A stretch of 64,000 nt of DNA from Podarcis melisellensis (Eukaryota). The stretch is from the NCBI GenBank assembly GCA_964234715.1, contig OZ174282.1. One strand, written 5' to 3'. Under the pieces are notes generated by a model. The model saw nothing but the letters and a program-made list of their open reading frames with translations. It was not told the origin of the DNA and did no database searches. A program made the position numbers and the translations under genes. Below are positions 58,984-64,000 of the stretch, piece after piece (position 1 is the first letter of the stretch; each line of letters begins with the position of its first letter).

Positions 58984-59490
58984 GTAGAAAGAACGGCCCA
59001 GAAGCCATCAGAACCTGCAAGTTGGAAGCGTGAAGATGGAAGAGTGCAGCCAACTTCGGAAACCGAGCTGCATGTGAAATCCACCCTCCATGATTATCAT
59101 CCCTGCTGCCCCACAGACTCTGTGAAAAATGGACCATGCTCCACGCAGCTCATAGAAGCCGCTCCCTTCAGCAGTGGGATTGTACTGGTTGGAAGTTCAG
59201 AACCAAAGAGAGAGCAAGGAGTGAAGGAAGTAACTCTGCAAGAGGAACATGTCCCTGCATACCGAGACTCTCCTCCCCTACCAAGGCCTGCAGGAACCAG
59301 CAAGCTTTTGGGCCAGAGCACTTTGCATCAGGATCAACAGGCAGCCCACCCTGTAGAGAGAGTGCACACTGAGCCCAGAGGGAACCAGAAGGCATTCAGA
59401 ACCCAGCAGGGCCAAGCCAAACCAGTCAGAGACTTCCGAGGGCCACCAGTCAGTCGCACAAAAGATTCTATTCAACACGTCTTGGGAGAG
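58984..59490 (+). CDS. PROSER3: PROSER3 coding exon 9 (507 nt, low complexity)
   Basis: ctgcag|VERTAQKP...SIQHVLGE|gtataa, open and phase 0/0. Confidence 0.82.
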
Positions 59491-60905
59491 GTATAAACAT
59501 ATGATCTGGCAATCTTTGTGGCTGTCATCACAGTGTGATGTAGAGGCCTATCATGCAGAATAGTGAGCTCTTCAGTCCGGATGATTTTTCTAGTCCTCAT
59601 GGTTGCAAAGACAAATGTGAATGCTTTTATTGGCAGCTACTGCTAAAGATTTAGGAATAAGGACTAGGCTGAGGTTTCCATTAATCTCAGACAGGGCTCC
59701 TTGACTCAGTGCAGGCCCCTCCCCAGTTCTACCTAGACACTTTCTATCCTTAACACTTTTCTTGCCCTCTGATCCCCCCCCAATGTGTTCCAGTTGCCCC
59801 CACTTCCTTTATGGGTAACAAAAATTTAATGCTAAATTGTGAAGTATCCCCACATTATATTTCACTGGAGCAGTGGTTTTCAAACTGTGTTCCAGGGACG
59901 TTTATGTGAGGCCTTCATGTGGGAGGCAGTGACGATCAGTTCTGGCAGACAGAAAATTCATTTGAAAGACAGCTTATTCATCATTATTGACCTTCTGCAA
60001 AGCCGCTGGAGAGAAAACAAATTCACAGGCTGTGCTGTGAATTCAGACAGGAGTGACAGTGGGACCCAACAGGCCTGGCTAGTGGCCCATGTGAAGTGTT
60101 TGCCCTAGTGCATGCCTGTGATGGGCTTGGTCAGGTGGGTGGAGGGACATCCATGGGAGCGAGAGACAATGTGTTTAAAGCTGGAAGAGGAGTATTTGTG
60201 CTCCTCTCTTTATTGCAGGTAGTTTTTTCGTTCGTTCCTTCCACTTTCATGGCAGCCTTCTAGGGAGGCTTCTTCCCCTTTGAAGGTGAAGGAGGAACAT
60301 CATCAGCACCTGCATTCCAGGAGCTGCAAATACATGCACCACACACACATCTCTTGCTTGGACTTGGTTTCCTCTTGGGTCCCTTTCTCTAGTGCTGCCC
60401 AAGCCTGATTCTGGTCCCTCTTGCTCCCATGGGAATCTTTAATGCATCCAGTTATCAAACTTGGTTTAGCAGCCTGCTCCCCAACTGCTACCCTTCAGGC
60501 TAACCAGACTGACGTGTGGCCTGCTGTGACATTATCTCAAAGCACTGGATGCTGCAGCCAGATTGGTTCAGACAGCAGGCAAGCATCAGGCCTTCTCTGC
60601 ATGGACATCTTGGTAGATGTTAAGGAGTTTCTCAGTAGGTAACGTGATGTGGACCCCTTAAAGACCACTGTGCCAGAAAAAAGCACTTTCAGAAAGTTTA
60701 TGTAGATAAACAAAATGTAATCAAGTGGCACACTTGCAGATTTCCCAGTGGGTTGTGGGGATGACTTTTCTATAGATAAAGAAGATGAACCATCATCCAG
60801 CAGCTCCATTTAGCTGCTTGGGGGTATCTGAAATGGGCTCTTCCACTTCTGCTTTCCTTCCCAGGAGGACAGGAGGAGATTTAACTAGCTTTCTCTCTCA
60901 TCCAG

Positions 60906-61077
60906 GTGATTGCCGAAAGACTTTTCTCCCCACCTGATTCTCCAGGTCCTCATAGGGACAAACCAAAGAGGAATTCAAAGAGTCAAAATCTGGACGAAGC
61001 TCGGCCAAGAGCTGTTTCTGCTCCCTCACATCCCCAGCTCCTGAACCTGGCTGCTCAGCTGCTGGAGCAGGCTGAAG
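60906..61077 (+). CDS. PROSER3: PROSER3 coding exon 10
   Basis: VIAERLFSPP...LAAQLLEQAE. Confidence 0.87.
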
Positions 61078-61862
61078 GTGGGATAGTTGTGGGAATGGCA
61101 GATATGTGGATTTCATGGAGGGCTTTAAACATTCATGGTGGGGTCCATTTCGTCCCACCCACGCAAGCATGTTCCTTTAGTTCCTGCCTGGCTTCACATT
61201 TCATAAACTCTGGACAGGAAACCTAGACCTGGAGTCTGGACCACTGAGTGGCCGTCACCGGCAATGGGCGATGATGATGCTCTGTTCAGTTTCCACTGGG
61301 CAAGCATGAGCTTAATTCCAATTTTGCAACTATTCTAAACACATTGACCAAATCAGTAATGGGTGGAATGGAAATGGAGATGTGGCTAGAGAAGGAACAG
61401 AGTAAGCAAGAGACAGGGTGTCTAAAGATGCCTACACCAGTGAGGTTTTTTTTTAATACAGACCTAGAACTACACATCTTGTGTGTCATAGTGTTGGTGC
61501 TGTAACAGGAGCTATTTGCCGCATGCCTTTAGTCAAAGTACAGGCATAGCCAGAGGCACAATACAGGCACAGCCCAGAAGGAGAGAAAAGTGTGTGGGCT
61601 TTATGGGAGGGGGTAGAAGGTGAAGAAGGCTGGAGCAAGAGGAGGGGAATATGTGGAAGTGGGAATTGAGCAGGAGGAATTGGTAAGTGCCTGGGAAGTG
61701 GGTTATTTTACAGGTTTGTGCTGATCGTTTGGTTCTAAGCAAATAAACAACAGACAGCTTGGAACATCCCTGCAGATATTTATTGGAGAGCTCCATCCAC
61801 AGCCTTGACTGGTAGGAAAAGGAGAAAGCACTTAAAGTGGAGTTAATTTTTCTGTTTTGCAG

Positions 61863-61944
61863 ACTCGGATGGCACAGAGTTTGAGGACGACCCCCTGTTA
61901 CAGGTGCTAAGGGGCCAGAGGGAGTTGTTGCGCAGCCAGCTGAG
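61863..61944 (+). CDS. PROSER3: PROSER3 coding exon 11
   Basis: DSDGTEFEDDPLLQVLRGQRELLRSQL. Confidence 0.9.
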
Positions 61945-63088
61945 GTGGGTCGCTGCTCACTGCAAACTGTCCAGAGGCATTCTCTCTTGGGATTGCTGCT
62001 GTTTAAAAGCCTTTGCTAGCTGCTGAGAACGGTTGCCTTACGTTGCCTGGTGTCCTGCCAGGCTTTCCATGCCCCTCTCCTTTGGCTTTGAAGCATAATG
62101 GATACCTGAGAGCAGATCGTTAGAAGTGTTGTCCCCTTTGTCATCATCCCTGGTGCCTTTGCAGTGTCAACACATTCTCCGTATGTGTCTTCTTCCCACA
62201 CACCCCAGCTTTAGATGCAGCTCCTATGAAAAGAGGTCGTTAGAATTCATATTGTTTGATACATATTCTTCCCTCCTTCAAAAGAGTTTAGGTGGTGTGT
62301 ATAGTTTTTCTCTCCACCCATTCTGTCCCCACAACCAATCCTGTGAGTTAGGCTGAGAAATGATGGCTGGCCCAAAGTCATTTGGTGAGTTTTGTGGCTG
62401 GGTAGGAATTTGAGCTGGAGTCTCTCTGGTCTTAGTGCAGTGTTGCAACCATCACACCACACTGTCTCTCCATAAGGATCTGTAAGAGGTTGCTTATGTT
62501 TTAGCATCAGGCAAGAACTCAAGGTTTTATAGTTCATATTCATGCAGATTTAATCCTTCCCTAAAGTACAATTCTTGGTATGGACAGGATAGTGGATATT
62601 CAGTGATTCCAAGCAATCACTTAAATAATAATAAAAGAGAGCACAGAAGTCAGCTTTTTTTGATGGCCTGTATTCATTTTTGCAATGTTTCTAGTCTTTA
62701 CAGCTGTGACAACTGAAAGCATGTAGGAAATAATCTAGTAATCTCAAAAGTCAGAAGTGTGGCTTATGTTTATTTATTTTTTTAGTGGATTTAGGCATCG
62801 CACATGCCATTTTGACACTTTTCATATGTGAGAGAAGCAGAATAAAGTATGCAGGAAATAGAATTTGCTTAATTTATGCACATCTTAGAATTTATGATAA
62901 GTTGGCGCTTTTTAGTGCAAAGGGCATTTTGCTTTCAGCTATGAGCAGTTGCTGAGTGCTGCCCCACTGCTCCAAACAAATTGCAGCTGCCTGGTCTGAT
63001 GGGCAGTTTATTCTGTGACAGTATGCCTGTGTTGCTTTGGTCTCCAGCCCTTAAAGGTGGTATGCATTTCTACTCTGTTCCATTGCAG

Positions 63089-63155
63089 AGCTGTGGATGT
63101 CCGCGTAGCGCAGCTTGAAGGCTACCATTCTGATCAAGACTTATCCCATCGATGA
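63089..63155 (+). CDS. PROSER3: PROSER3 last coding exon
   Basis: AVDVRVAQLEGYHSDQDLSHR*; AATAAA at 63481-63486. Confidence 0.8.
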
Positions 63156-64000
63156 CAGACGCCTGCACGATCTTCTCTGCACCTTGAGTGTGGTTGAAGG
63201 CTCTCCGATTCATAATTTGGGATTACAGCAGTGGACTGGGTCCTGTGCTCCTTGCTCAGACACCTCTGGATGACTTCAGCAACAGGGTTTGGGAGAGGTT
63301 CTTATTTATGCTAGCACCCTTCTGGTTTTGGCTGCGCTGCCTGTACCCAACAAGCTGGTGTGTTCATCAAAGTCAACTGGGAGTGCAAAATGACCAGGCA
63401 CTGGTGTGTAGGGATGTGCCTAAAGCATAAACAGTGCCTTGTTTCCATGGTTTCATTGTGTATTTTTGTGGTGAGATTAAAATAAAAAGTGTATTTTTGG
63501 ATCAAAATGAACTGTGATGGTTTGCAGTAAGATGACATAACCTATCCAGTACCTCCTGTCCAATTAAATGATGGTTAATGAAGTCCAAAACCATTTGACT
63601 TGGAGAGGAGGCACTAGGCAAACATTTTAAATTTATTTTAGCCACCTTTGGAATGGAAAGGACGGATGAACAATCCCCAAATAAATACATTTTATTTTAT
63701 TAAATGTTGTATTCCACCTTTCTAATTAGCCGTCAAAGGCACCTTGCATCGAATTGTGTTTTATTGGATTTTAAACAACGTAATCCCAAAAACAGTAATA
63801 AAAACCAACGGTAACATCAAAACACTAGGAGAGTTAAAACTGGCAACAGTTATAATTTTGAATTAAAAAAAACCAAAAACTGGCAACAGGACTCTATTGG
63901 GGAAGGCACAGGAAAATAAAGAGGTGTTTACTTGGGCCTTAGGTGTGCCTCTTTGGGGAGGGTTTTTCACAGGACCTTTTCAGTTGTGGCACCTCATTTC

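Noticed and set aside
60219-60285. Possible extra PROSER3 exon after TTTATTGCAG
   Set aside because: It has an in-frame TAG and a weak donor, and the flanking exons already join in phase.

Overview
This is vertebrate genomic DNA, almost certainly from a squamate and probably a lacertid lizard, judging from the Sauria SINE, BovB and Penelope repeat content. It is orthologous to the human 19q13.12 cluster. I reconstructed five spliced genes by hand using GT-AG boundaries and consistent phases: the last coding bases of KMT2B (+), PSENEN (+; its first coding exon is not visible and probably lies in the 200-N gap), a small heat-shock gene at the HSPB6 position (+, 181 aa), LIN37 (-, 9 coding exons, 249 aa) and PROSER3 (+, 12 coding exons, 614 aa). 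The rest is rich in transposable elements. Highlights: (i) the HSPB6-position protein has alphaB-crystallin-like termini, with a C-terminal IPI motif and no RRAS phospho-site; (ii) two different Penelope-like insertions form long inverted repeats carrying minimal hammerhead-ribozyme cores; (iii) the HSPB6-LIN37 block appears inverted relative to human, and IGFLR1/U2AF1L4 are not seen; (iv) PROSER3 has RFX X-boxes; (v) several MITE families carry transcription-factor motif cassettes. Gene names rest on remembered protein similarity plus synteny; no database search was run.
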